A stretch of DNA of 49,432 nucleotides, filler included, from Mitosporidium daphniae (Eukaryota): the NCBI RefSeq assembly GCF_000760515.2. It is 2 parts of 2 records of this genome, joined end to end, with 100 filler letters (N's around TTAATTAATTAA, not from the genome) between each part and the next. Parts side by side here need not be neighbours in the genome. Positions count along the whole stretch, not along the records: positions 1 to 25,187 come from NW_013546148.1; 1 more part is not named here. The stretch is one strand, 5' to 3'. The position numbers and the translations under genes are program-made. Positions 1 to 12,218 of this stretch are shown piece after piece; the stretch's first letter is position 1; the number at the start of each line of letters is the position of its first letter. The notes under the pieces are model-generated. The model saw only the letters and a list, made by a program, of their open reading frames with translations. It did no database searches and had not been told where the DNA came from.

Positions 1-871
1 GTCTTTATATCTTTTTGATCTTCTTGCTCTCAATGGCCAGTCAGTGTTGGATTGTAACCTACTTGAACGCTTTAATAAGCTTTGGAAGTGTGTAATTCGC
101 CCATGGGAATCTTTCCACAAAGATAGCCCACACAAACCGCCATTTAGAGTACTCCTTAAAGAAAACTTCAAGTCGTACCATATTGCGCATGTCTTAAACA
201 CAGTAAGTGTCTTCTTTATACTCAGACTTGAGCATTTCATCTTCAGATGGTCTAATATCATAACTAGGTGATCCCTTCTTTGCCGCATGAAAACGATGGG
301 CTTATATTTACACCGGTATATGCTCCATACATCAAGGGTACCTGTAAGCAGCTTTTCAAATGGAAGCCAGCAGGCTTAAATTCTGTTGATTTTCGCATAC
401 TCCTTGCACAGGATTATTCAAACCGAAACGACGTTTGGGAGCTTTGGGCAGGTGATCGCGGTGTCAATCGATTCTATGGACTATTTTATCTTGATTTTGA
501 AAGGTAGCATTACACGCCATATCGATAGGGCCATCGAAACAGGTTCCTCTGATGATCCCCCCACTGCAAATTCGATTGCAGAGCTGTTTTGGGATCCAGA
601 GTGGAAGACGCCCATTGAAAACTTGGCAGCACATCGCGACACTGATGATTCGATAGCATATACAGCCGTCAGCAATGGTGGCTGGCGGTTTCTTAGGTTG
701 CGGAGAGATAAACTGACCCCTAATGACGTCAGAGTGATCTCAAACATCAACAAATCCATTTCCGACGGTTGCACCCAAGATGAGGTAAGTAGGAATATCC
801 AACCATAGTTGCTTGGAATGGCCGCACCCATTAAAAGGGCATGGGAAAAGCGACAAAGGCCCCTCCAATAA
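1..871 (+). CDS. CEG1: mRNA capping enzyme guanylyltransferase, 3' part (5' end outside window)
   Basis: Nucleotidyltransferase motifs YLFDLL, HENDGLIFTP, LFKWKP...NSVDF and OB-fold WRFLRLRRDKLTPN. Introns 203-267, 504-528 and 785-808 join the frames; stop TAA 869-871. Confidence 0.93.
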
Positions 872-889
872 GCTGAAATCTCTGAAAAT

Positions 890-1949
890 TTATTTCTTGC
901 TGGCTGCATCTGCACTCTTTCCTGACCCAAAAAGCCGAGACTACAGAATAAAATAAAACGCTGATAACCTTACCATGGCCCCGGAGTAGCTTTTTGTAAA
1001 CTTATGAATGAGTTCTTGAGATCTCTGCTCCCAACTATCCAGAGTGCCCATCAGCTCAGATTGCGTCCCAGCCCAATTTTTTTCTATTGAACGGCGTGAC
1101 CCTTTAATCATTGCCCCAATTCGAACGAGATACTTTTTCAGAATTAACTCTCGTTGTTTGAGGAATGAAATGTTCAAATCTGAAGGGGATACACCGCGTT
1201 CAAGGTTCCTTCGTAAATAGAGGTCGTAGTCTCTCACGATGCGTGTAATCAGATCGGATGTGGAGATTCCCTGTGTCCGTTGCGTTGGCAAAAATCTTCC
1301 CTGAGCCTTGATGCTGGCATAAACATCTGAAATGCCTCCGGCCGCTGGATATGGGGTGGCATCTTGGGCAACATAATCGATCTACGATAAAAAGAACCCT
1401 TCACGTAACCTGATGCTTTTCCAAAAAATCACTGGTGATGATCCAGGGTGCCCCCTCAATGACCTCGTCAACCCATTTGCAATGTCGTACGCATTCGTAG
1501 CGTTCACGATCGGTTAGCACGGTCTTTCCTTTCAAGGCATGGGTAAGCTCGTCGTTGCAAACTAGGATTAGAAAATATGGCAATCATGTAACAAGGGGAG
1601 TCGATCGTGGCGGTTTACAAACAAACTCGCATTCCAATCGGCAATTGCGATAAAAAATACCTCCAGCAATCAAGTACGTGAATGGACGCAGTTTTTTCGC
1701 TTGCTCCAATGCACGAGCATGTCCAAAATGGAAGAGATCAAATACCCCATCATAATAAACCCGAACAGGATGCTCAGGGTCATAACCCTTTTTTTCCCTG
1801 GCAACGACATTGCCATCTTCGGAGAACTCAGAGGGAACCGGCTCTGAAGGTTTATTTTCTTGCAAGTGTGCTGCTTTGGGGCCCAATTGGTCAGGAATTG
1901 CAGGAGTAAAGCGGGATATTGCTCGTTTGCCTCTACGGAGCTTAGCCAT
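890..1949 (-). CDS. PCT1: Choline-phosphate cytidylyltransferase
   Basis: [25 protein letters not shown] (HxGH), [39 protein letters not shown]. Introns include 1562-1660; last exon [16 protein letters not shown]. Confidence 0.93.
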
Positions 1950-2056
1950 AAATATGATTTTACACTTTGGACCAAAATTTTATTGCAAGCTTAAAACGCG
2001 GGGAAAGTTGTGTGACATTTTACATAGCCAATATATGAGGCAGTTTAAGGGCAATT

Positions 2057-2076
2057 TTGGGCCCTAACGGGCCCAA
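2057..2076. other. Perfect GC-rich hairpin TTGGGCCC-TAAC-GGGCCCAA in the PCT1/kinesin spacer
   Basis: 8-bp inverted repeat read directly; on + it overlaps the end of AATTTTGG. Confidence 0.5.
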
Positions 2077-2288
2077 TGGCGGTTGCATGTGTTGCTCCCT
2101 AAAATATTCATACCGCTCCAATGGCAATTTAAATCTCTGAAAGTCGATCCAAAAACATCGATCCATGCCCCAATGTCTATGGAATATGCAAATTGCAACA
2201 GCAAACGGATCGCTATCAACGGATGGCTGTACTTAATGGCACTATTGTTTGTGGTCAAAAATGGGGGCAGTTTTGTATAAAGTTATGA

Positions 2289-4072
2289 TTACAAATTTCG
2301 GATATTCTCCTTTCCTCCGGCTTTTGCCTGTGTACCGCTAGTGCCATACAGTGCTTGAACAAAAAGGGCTTGACGGATGGACGAGATGAGCTTTGGTTTA
2401 AAGTCACAACGAATTTCCATTTCGGAAATCGAACGATATGCCCCCCCTCCCGCCAGTCTGGCATCAATGATGGCATTTGCTCTCTTTTCGCCGATCCCGG
2501 GGAGCTTTTTTATAAGGCAGGTAGAGCCTGAATTCGCAAGAAGCAAAATATAGTCATCCATCAAGCTCTCCGATCCAGATCCGTTTTTCAGCGTTTCTTG
2601 AATAGAGCTCCAGAGCGAAGATGCTATAGTTGTTTCTTCAGCCTCCAAGTCATCATTAAAGGTCCCGATTTGCCTTCTTCGCTTTGCCGGCTTTACAGGA
2701 GATGCCATGTTGTCGATCTGTTTAAATGCTTTGGAATTTTTCTTCTCACTGGCTATGTTGCTTGCATTTGCACCTAGTTTGGCCTCCAAAATTGCAACCC
2801 TTTGAGAAAGCTCAAAGTTATCCTTAATATCGGAAGAAAGCGACGTGGCCGGCGGAGTGCTGATCAATGGCGATGGCCTTCTAGCTTTGACATCTCCTTT
2901 ATGCGGCATCTCGTTTATTACGGGACTGTTGGTAATTTGCCTACTTTTGGAAGCAAAATTTAGAGTGTGAGTAGTCTCTGCCAAGTGTTTAACACTTGGC
3001 GAAACATTTGCCACAATAAGCGCATTTGAGCAACCGCCAAGCGAATCCTGGTTTTGTTAACGCACATGAAATACCTGCAGAAGCCTAGTCAATTTTGAGT
3101 CTCGATACGGAATTCGAGGGGATCCAGCATTTAGGGCGTCCACAACATTTGACAGTACAAATAGCGACTTGTTAATGGAGCCGCTTTATACCATTCGAAT
3201 TCCGATGTTTTCTGCCCTCCGGTTATCCTCGGAGCCTGCAAGATCAATTAGATGCAATTTGGCAAGACGATGGGCTCTTCGACGAGGGGAATGCCACCCG
3301 GCTCCCTGGATTCCTGATTCAATCTACAACAAATAAAACCACCAAAACGCCATACAGTTACAGTCAAGCAGGAGTGTGACCTGCTGGAGTTTGGATTTAG
3401 CTTTGTTGAGGCCGACTTGCGATGTCTTCGGGCGGTCTCCCAGTGGCTGGCAAATTNTTCAAATGAACAGACGCGGACATTTGTAAGATTAGAAATAAAG
3501 ATGTTCTTATTTTGATCTTCTCTGATCTGCAGGTCTAATCCGGAGCCCGTAAGCAGGTCATAAACCTTTTCATTGTAAATCTCCAGAAAGGAGATCTTGA
3601 AAATGACATCCGAGCTATTGGAGGAATCAAATAATTCCTGCAATACCAATGGAATCAAACCAGGACTGGATGGGGTTCCTTCCATTGTAAATGTTTTCCC
3701 GGCGCCCGTATTTCCATATGCAAAAATGGTCATGTTGATGCCTAGCAATGATTAGACAGGAGCAACGTTACCTGAAAGCAAAGAGGAAAGCATCGGTTTT
3801 ATCTGCAATCTAAATAGGGCCGAGTTTGAGGTTTCTGGTTCGTAACATCCATCAAAGGAAAACATCAGTGCCTCTGAGGCATTTCTTGGATTTGCAATTT
3901 CCGCCGAGTTCTTTCCCGTCATCCTAATTGCAGATACTGACTCTGTTTCCCGCTCCAAGGCAAGAAATGGCCGAACACGCAGTATTACTCGAACCTTTGA
4001 TGTCGATGGTGGAACAAAAGATCCCCTTTGCGGAGGGATTGAAGATGGCGCCCCTAGGAAGGGATTCTTCAT
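2289..4072 (-). CDS. Kinesin-10 (KIF22/Kid-like) with C-terminal helix-hairpin-helix
   Basis: Motor motifs [61 protein letters not shown]-terminal [20 protein letters not shown] HhH ([17 protein letters not shown]). Three short introns. Confidence 0.85.
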
Positions 4073-4228
4073 CGAACAAATTGAATGGACTTTCAATAAA
4101 TTTTTGCCTCCAAGCTGCTATTAAATAAATTGCAATTGTTTAGGACAAGTTTGTACGAGATCCCTTTGCCCGCAATAAATCTGGCCCTGACCCACGGACA
4201 TTTGATTTGGAGCTTGAATCTTTTGTAT

Positions 4229-4280
4229 GTCAGGTCAGGTCAGGTCATGTCATGTCAGGTCATGTCATGTGATGTTATGT
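4229..4280. repeat. Degenerate pentanucleotide microsatellite (GTCAG/GTCAT) x ~10
   Basis: gtcaggtcaggtcaggtcatgtcatgtcaggtcatgtcatgtgatgttat read directly. Confidence 0.85.
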
Positions 4281-4432
4281 GTTGCAGCTTTTCCATGACA
4301 AAGGAATAAACCCGCATGTGGTAACTATCCAAGTACAGCACAAAAATCCCTTATTGCGGCCAAAAAACAATGCCCCATTGTGGTACAAAAATACCTTATT
4401 ACAGTACCGGCCAACTATTTTGAAAGATTTAC

Positions 4433-5947
4433 TTAGTTTCCTTGATGGGAAAACAAAGATCTTTTGAGCGCTACACCAAGAAGAATGCCGGCTTTGAAAA
4501 AAATATAAACCTCAATAATCCTTAAAGCTGCTGAGGAAATTGATTCTGCCGACAGCTCTTTAGCCTTTGAGGTAAGCCTGTCAAGATTCGTAAATGTTTG
4601 GAAAAGCTCCAAAAAAACCTTCCTAGCCTCAGGCCAGGTATCCATTGATGGTGGAGATAAATCTAGTTCCTTCCAAATCCTTCGAAAAATAATCTGGAGC
4701 GTTTCGAGAAAGTGCAATATCCTTTGAAAGATAACTAAAAATCAGATGGCGACTTTAACTTACTCTTTTCAAATGCCTTGAGGAACGAAATCGTCATTTC
4801 ATTAGCTTGGGAAAAAGAAATTGCTGTGCATTTTCCCCCCAAATATGAAAAAGTCTTTTGAAATTTTGGGGAAAATTCTTTCTTGCATTGTTCAAAAGAG
4901 AGCCCGGATGAGAAATAGTTTCCAAATTGGCCCTTTGATGAGGAGTTCCTTTGCGGACCATGAGAGTTTGGTGTGGAGGAAAATCCAGCATTCTGAATAG
5001 CGTGTGCTGCTAACGGGATTTCAATTTCATTGATCGTGTTTTTATTTTTCTGTTCACGGATCTTTTCGGCAATGTTTTCGATGGATTCCTGCTGAGCCAT
5101 TGATTCTGCCACCGGGGATTCGCCAACAGATTGCTGTCTCGGAGATTTTACACACTTTGAAAAGTGATTTTTGATATGAAAATTATAAATAGACAAAGGC
5201 ATCATTTTTGGAGAGCAGCATATCTTTGTAGTAATTCCGATCATGTGCAAGGGACGACAAATTGAAAGGTAAATCAAAATAAATTCCCAACTTTTTGCTA
5301 CACAATTAAATTCGTCAAAATTGCACATTGTAGCGGTTTCTTTAATAAACTGCAAGATTGGTCTATCCAATCGCTTTCTTGATGAGCTGCAAAACTGGCA
5401 TATTAAATCATTTATGCAGCATATCTATTCTGATCTTTTCATTATTTTAACATTGAGTACTCCTTTAGGGTGTGGTTGAATATCCTTGAAGCTAACATCG
5501 TTCTTATGCGAAGTTTTTGCAGCGAATCCTAGTTGAGTCAGAGATATAGTGTCATTAGAAGATGGATTCTTTTTATTTCTTGACGATGATATTACTATTG
5601 AACTCGGGTCCATCCACTGTGGCCTCCTGGTTACACAAATGTTGGCCTCAAACTGAGGAGGAATGGGTATTGACATAATGCCATCTTTATCGCTATCCAG
5701 AGCGTTTGGAATTTCTGAAATGATGTATTCAATGGCCCTCTAGCATAAATATACACGTATATTGTACCTGCAATTGATCCAGAGTAATAGGTTCATCCTT
5801 TGTATGCTCGTCTTTTGTTACATACTCAATCATACATGGGAGTGAATAAGATACACTTGGTAGGAGTAAATGGAAGCATAGCTTGATCCCAGCGGGTGTG
5901 TTGTGCTCCAAATATTGATTGGCAATGAGCGAGGCTAATCGGTCCAT
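4433..5947 (-). CDS. Hypothetical protein (multi-exon; 3' end uncertain, may extend to ~4275)
   Basis: Four minus-strand ORFs are joined in frame by GT-AG introns near 5741-5768, 5425-5460 and 4735-4763; start MDRLASLIANQYL. No family recognised. Confidence 0.6.
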
Positions 5948-5995
5948 TGGGTTGTAGTTTAAGTTTTTAATAAAATTTATTGCCTCTTCTCTGCA

Positions 5996-6591
5996 ATGTC
6001 CGTTACCCTGCATACCACCCTTGGGCCGATCAACGTAGAGCTTTATTGCAAAGAGTGTCCTAAAACAACAGAAGTATGATTAAGCCTTTTATGTTCCAAA
6101 GAATTTTCTAGCATTATGTGCAAGTTCTTACTATAATAGCTGCATTTTCCATAGAGTTATTAAAGACTTTATAATTCAAACTGGAGATCCCACTGGATCG
6201 GGTAAGGGCGGAACCTCCATTTGGGGCTCCTCTTTTCAAGACGAGATACATGAAAATCTCAAGGTATGACATAGACTATTTCTTCCCTTAGCATGACCAA
6301 CCCGGCGTTATCAGCATGGCTAATTCGGGTCCAAATACGAATAAAAGCCAATTTTTCATAACTCTTTCGCCTCAAGAACACTTGGACTCAAAATACACCG
6401 TCTTCGGGAAGGTAAGCCCAAGCTAACGCATCAACACTAAGGTCGCTGATAAAGGAATGGATGTAATCCGGGCGATAAACGACACTCCTGTTGATGAGCG
6501 TTACAGGCCTGTTTCCCCGGTACTCATTGAGAATGTAACTGTGCACTCGAATCCTATTGCGGATCAAATTTTAAATTGTAATAAAATTTAA
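5996..6591 (+). CDS. Cyclophilin-type peptidyl-prolyl isomerase, PPIL3/Cyp10-like (absent from ORF track)
   Basis: [10 protein letters not shown]...[13 protein letters not shown]...[22 protein letters not shown]...[17 protein letters not shown]...VHSNPIAD. Introns 6074-6101, 6264-6291, 6412-6441. Confidence 0.93.
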
Positions 6592-6643
6592 AGATTAAGT
6601 TTGGATACGCTTGGAATAGTCGTTTTTTCCGTCACCAATTAAT

Positions 6644-7647
6644 ATGGCACTCATATCACTTGCAAGAGCATTCTCAACAAAAGCACCGAAGAGTTCAATT
6701 GCTCCCATAAAGACAGTTGCAGTTATCGGATTTGGCCAAATGGGGCAGGGGATTGCCCAGTGCTGTCTATCTGGTAAACATCAATGGTTACAACATTAGC
6801 ATTAACTCCCCTTTCAGTTCGGGTTTTTGATCCCAATACAGAAAAGTTGGTGAAGGGCGTTGAATCTTTAAAAGAAAAACTTGGCGAGGATCCCTCTGCA
6901 ACTACAAGTTCAGACGTTGGAGAAAGTATTGCGCTTCAAGATATTATTAACAGAATATATCAGGGAGAGAATATAGACGACACAATTAAGGGCGCAGACT
7001 TGGTTATTGAGGCAATAGTTGAAAGCCTCACGGCCAAGTTGGAGCTTTTTTCAAGTATTTCGCGGTCTCCTGTTTTGGCGCCACATACGATTCTTACTTC
7101 AAATACCTATTCTTTGAGTATCTCCAGGATCGCACAATCTATCATGCCAAAGCGGGAGCTTTTCGGATTGCATTTTTTCAACCCGGCCCCCAAAATGAAG
7201 CTCGTTGAAATAGTGAGAGCAAATGAAGAGGCCAACCCCGAAAATGAGCATGCAAACATCCAGCTTTCGTCTCTTGTGGAATTTGTCAAGCGTCTTGGAA
7301 AAGAGTCAATTGTGTGCAAGGATTCTCCAGGGTTTGTTGTCAATAAGCTTCTTATCCCCTATTTGACGGACGCAATTCGTCTCCTTGAAGAAAAAGTAGC
7401 ATCTAAAGAGGATATTGATAAGGCCATGAAGCTGGGCGCTGGATATCCCATGGGTCCGTTTACGCTAATGGACCTTATTGGATTAGATACCATCAAGAGC
7501 GTTATCGATGGATGGGCTGCTTTGGATAAGACCGGCCAATCACTAAGACCCTCCCCTCTTTTGCAAGCAATGGTCCAGCAGGGAAAGCTTGGGAAAAAGT
7601 GTGGCGAAGGCTTTTATTCGTATGCAAAAAAGCACCGAGTTTTTTGA
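6644..7647 (+). CDS. HADH: 3-hydroxyacyl-CoA dehydrogenase, mitochondrial short-chain type
   Basis: Presequence-like MALISLARAFSTK, Rossmann VAVIGFGQMGQGIA, DLVIEAIVE, GLHFFNP, DSPGFVVN, GAGYPMGPF. Probable intron 6774-6799. Confidence 0.92.
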
Positions 7648-7718
7648 AAATAAAAAGCGGGCCCAAACTGCGACATTTAAAGTCTTAAACATTCCGCATA
7701 AATTTTATTTCAACCTTC

Positions 7719-9011
7719 ATGTCCAACTCATCACCTCCGCCGCAACCCCATTCAGGCGCTCCCGTATATGCACCTGGGATCACATTTAATAAACCAATGA
7801 GCGTTGTTTTTATTGGAAGTATTCCTTATGATACGACTGAAGAGCAACTAATGTCTTTATTTAGTACGGTTGGGCCAGTGCGATCTCTTAGACTTGTCTT
7901 TGATAGAGAGACTGGGAAATCAAAAGGTTATGGATTTTGCGAGTACCACGATACAGAAACAGCAAGGTCTTGTGTTAGGAATCTCTCGAACTACGAGCTT
8001 AATGGGCGAAACCTTCGTTTGGACTTTGCAGATTCCATGCTTGGAGCGCCCAAAGAGCTAAGAAAGGAAAACAAGGCAGCTAGAATATATAGACCAAATT
8101 CTGACTATGGCGAAGGATCTCAGGGACCTTCCTCATCCTTTTGGGATCCCTTCTCAGCAAGTGGGTCTGGAGGTCCTCCCCCTCCTCCTCATCTTTCGCA
8201 GCCAGTCATGATGCCCATGATGGTGCCCGGAAGCGGGCAAATGGACAATGGACAACAATGGCAAGGAATACCCCCGCCCCCTCCCCCTACATCAATACCC
8301 TATTTTCAGCAATCTTTTATCCCACAAGCGGGACCGGCCTCGCACATGATGGGGCATGCTGCGCCACATGGTATCTTTCCTCAGCAAAATGTGCCGCCCT
8401 CCTTTCCAATGCACTCTGGAGCGGCTATCCAATATCCTGTTAATGGCCCCATCTCTTCGTTCCCCCCTCCCCCTCCGAACTTTCAAGGCGGGCAGTATCA
8501 AGAAATGCACCACCAACAGCAAATGTTTGGCTCGCAACAGCCCCAGCACGTTCAATTTGAGCTTGCACAACAACTACCACCTCCACCGCCGCCTCCTCCT
8601 GCCGCTTCGATGACAGCGTTGGAGTCACTGCCTCCAGATCAGCTCTTCTCATTGCTCGCACATATTAAAAATTTGACACAATCTCAACCCTCACAAGCCA
8701 AAGACCTTTTGGGATCCAACCCACATTTGACCTATGCTCTTTTTCATATTCTTTGGAGAATGGACTTAATTGATGCCCAAACAATTCAAAGAACCATTTC
8801 GGCCTTGAGTGTAGGACCTCCAGAGGCGTCCGGTGCCAATACTGTCGAGCTAAGATCACAGGATCCTAGAAAACTTCAAGCCTCAGACCCATTGAAATCA
8901 GATCAACAGCAGGCACTATTAGAGCAAATTCGAAGAATGACCCCGGAGCAATTAGAAGCACTTCCTCCTGAACAGAGAGAAAAAATTTTATTATTAAAAA
9001 ATAAGGTTTAA
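7719..9011 (+). CDS. RNA15: Cleavage stimulation factor 64 kDa subunit (CstF-64/Rna15)
   Basis: [18 protein letters not shown]...[15 protein letters not shown], Pro/Gln-rich linker, hinge ([16 protein letters not shown]), C-terminal [14 protein letters not shown]. Confidence 0.92.
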   Translation: MSNSSPPPQPHSGAPVYAPGITFNKPMSVVFIGSIPYDTTEEQLMSLFSTVGPVRSLRLVFDRETGKSKGYGFCEYHDTETARSCVRNLSNYELNGRNLRLDFADSMLGAPKELRKENKAARIYRPNSDYGEGSQGPSSSFWDPFSASGSGGPPPPPHLSQPVMMPMMVPGSGQMDNGQQWQGIPPPPPPTSIPYFQQSFIPQAGPASHMMGHAAPHGIFPQQNVPPSFPMHSGAAIQYPVNGPISSFPPPPPNFQGGQYQEMHHQQQMFGSQQPQHVQFELAQQLPPPPPPPPAASMTALESLPPDQLFSLLAHIKNLTQSQPSQAKDLLGSNPHLTYALFHILWRMDLIDAQTIQRTISALSVGPPEASGANTVELRSQDPRKLQASDPLKSDQQQALLEQIRRMTPEQLEALPPEQREKILLLKNKV

Positions 9012-9136
9012 AATTGTCCAAATTGCTCTTGAGAGAATTGGACAACTCCAGCGGTTCGGTCCGGCATCGATACAGGCCACACGAATTGACGCTTTCCAGT
9101 AATTTGCATTTTGAAATTTCATTTATTTTGCGACTA

Positions 9137-10473
9137 ATGGTCCCACCCCCCTCCATTTTAGCTCATTATCCGCAAACCGCCTTCAGCACCGATAAACATG
9201 CAAATACTTTTCTCTTTACATCGGAGTCTGTGGGCGAAGGCCATCCTGGTACCGACATAGCCTTACCACTCATTAATTTGATAGATAAGATATGCGATCA
9301 AATATCCGATGCGATTTTGGATGCCTGCTTGGCTCAGGATCCTAAATCCAGAGTAGGAGTGGAAACCGCGGCGAAGACAGGAATGATTGTGGTGTTGGGG
9401 GAAATTACCTCAAATGCCGTTCTTGATGTCCAAGCACTTGTTCGCAGTGTTGTCAGAGACATTGGCTATGACGATTCATCAAAAGGTATGTTTAGCCGGT
9501 TTATTAGGTAGGGTTTGACTACAAAACGTGCAGCGTATTATCTGCCATTGAGCAGCAATCTCCAGATATTGCGCAGTCGCTAATGGGACATTCAGATATC
9601 GACGATATTGGCGCAGGCGATCAGGTATCCTTTTTCGCACCAATCGATGCAGGGACTCATGTTTGGATATGCAACCGACGAAACACCTGAGCTGATGCCG
9701 TTGACGGTAGTGCTGGCCCACAAGATCGTTGAGGCACTTGCAGTTGCAAGAAAAACGAAACAAGTTGAATGGATTCTTCCTGACTGCAAGTCTCAAGTGA
9801 CCATTGAATATGAGATGCAGGATGGCGTACCTGTGCCGCTACGAGTGCATACCATTGTCCTATCTACCCAGCATTCGCCATCAATCTCGCTTGCCGCGAT
9901 GAAAGAATCATTGGAGATGGAGATCGTTAAAAAGGTCATTCCCACCCATCTGATCGATGAAAGGACAATACTCCACATTCAGCCATCAGGAAAGTTTGTC
10001 ATTGGTGGGCCGCAGGGAGATGCGGGCCTCACGGGAAGAAAAATCATTGTTGACTCATATGGAGGGTGGGGTGCCCATGGTGGTGGTGCCTTCTCCGGAA
10101 AAGATCCCACCAAGGTAGATCGGTCTGGAGCATATGCTGCCAGATGGGTAGCAAAATCCATTGTACATGCCGGTCTGGCCAAAAGATGTCTCATCCAAGT
10201 AAGCCATCAGGGATGGCTTTTAACCAATAGCTTTCGTATGCGATTGGAATTCCCGAGCCTCTTTCCATATATATCGAGACATATGGTACTGGTAAGCTTT
10301 CCAATGCCGAGCTCTTGCGTGTTGTGAAGAAAAACTTTAACCTCAGGCCTGGTGCAATTATCAGGGAACTTGATCTGCTAAGACCAATTTATCAGGCGAC
10401 TTCGTGCTATGGCCATTTTGGTAGGGCTCAATTCAGCTGGGAGGTACCAAAAGAGTTGTCATTGGCGGATTGA
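9137..10473 (+). CDS. SAM2: S-adenosylmethionine synthetase
   Basis: [60 protein letters not shown]. Four introns (9249-9284, ~9486-9510, 9625-9652, ~10199-10230). Confidence 0.97.
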
Positions 10474-10580
10474 GTGTGACAATTTCCTTTGCATTGCTAA
10501 TTATTTTAAAATTAAAATTTTTATTCGACTTTTGATTTGCCGCCAATTTAATCAGCCCCAATTGGGGAAACCTGCTAAAG

Positions 10581-12170
10581 ATGTCGCCTCCGCTCCCCCC
10601 TTCAAAGCAAGGAACGACATACAGTAGGAAGCCTCTCGCAGACATTTCAAACAAACTTATATCTAAATCTTCGCAATCAAAGAAGAGCTATCATCCTCAC
10701 GAAAACACAGACAGTGATGATTTATCTTTCGAGTTGGGGACATTTCAACAACTCAAGAATTTTCCCACGGATCTTCCTGACACGTCAAATGATCACATAA
10801 GCTATATTGACGAGCTAAATTCACTTTCTTTCTCTCATTCTGAGGATTCCTTGGATATGCTTCCTGAAAAATATCCTGCAAAACAGATGACAAACACCAA
10901 TTCGCGGCAAAAGGTTAGCACACTGAATCCCACAAAAAAAACTACGGCAAATACACTATCTTCGGTAACCTTCACATCAAATTCCAAGCCCCAAAAGCCA
11001 TACAGAGACCAGGATTCCGGATCTTCCGCTATTGCCGATTATTTGCTTTTGAAGGCCAGATTTGAATCCCTTAGAACAAAATACGACATGCTACTGTCAG
11101 AGAGCCAGGAAAAAATATCCACACTGCAGGCGGAAAAGCTAGAATATGAACAGAAGGTCAAAGATCATGATTCAATTTTGAAGCACAAAATTTCGCAACA
11201 GCAACAGGAATTTTCTCGTCAGCATAAGGAAACCTCGGATGCCTTTGAACAAGAAAAAACTCGGTTGGAAGAGAAAATTTCTGCCCTTCAATCAGAGAAT
11301 TCTGCTCTTTCCCTATCGCTAGAGGGCGAACGACAAGAAAACGCCACTCTTCAATCGCATCTCCAACAGTTAAGGAGTTCTTTGGCACAGCATGAAGAAA
11401 ATGAGGTTATTCTGAAATCTGAAATTTCTAGACTTGAATCCATTCCCACNTGGAAAACCCCGTCGTCATCATCATCTAGAGTATCTGATCCTGGTAGCCT
11501 CCATGCACAAATCCGGGCCCTTGAGGATGCGCTTACAGCAGAAAGGCACCTTTCCGCGGCAAAGCTTTCCGCTGTTCGCCAGGAGAATGAAGAAGAGCAT
11601 GAGCAGATCATGCTATTTGCAGAGGAGAAAATACGCTCGGATATGCATGCACAATGGAAACGACGCCTCTCCCAGATCAAGGAGTCGTGGTCGCTTAAAA
11701 AGCGCTCTCTTATCAACAAGGTTACCAAGGCCTTTGAACGGAGGTATGGTCATTAGTTTGGTTGCTCTTCATGTTATCCTATTAAGCCCGCGCTCTCTTT
11801 TGTTTCTCTGACTTTTAATTTTTTGTTTACCACTAGACTGACCGAACTCTCTGCAGAATGGGAGCGCGAAAAAAGCCTGCTTCTGGCCCGGTTACGAACA
11901 GGAAAGCCTTCTTCCGCCACAAGATATCATCGGTCGTTTGATCCTAGTGACTCCATAGCTGATGACGATTTTTTTTCTGATTCATTCAAAATAGACGGAG
12001 AGGAAATATTCGAGGACCGGGATCATTTACTTGGGGGGTTCAAAAGCACTGACCGTGATCCTGGCTTTCGACGTGAGACAGGTTACCAGCAGCTATTTAG
12101 GAGTCCATTGCTGCGAAAGACACCACATTTTATGTCCAGGTCCAGGATGCCCCCCTCAACTACAGAATAA
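10581..12170 (+). CDS. Coiled-coil protein of unknown function with an N-terminal D-box-like motif
   Basis: 391-aa ORF joined to ORF 11823-12170 by intron 11744-11836; long heptad region; RKPLADISN at residues 16-24. Confidence 0.7.
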
Positions 12171-12218
12171 ATGTAAACCCAGCCCTAGCCCTAGTTCTCC
12201 AAAATATGCAACTATTTA

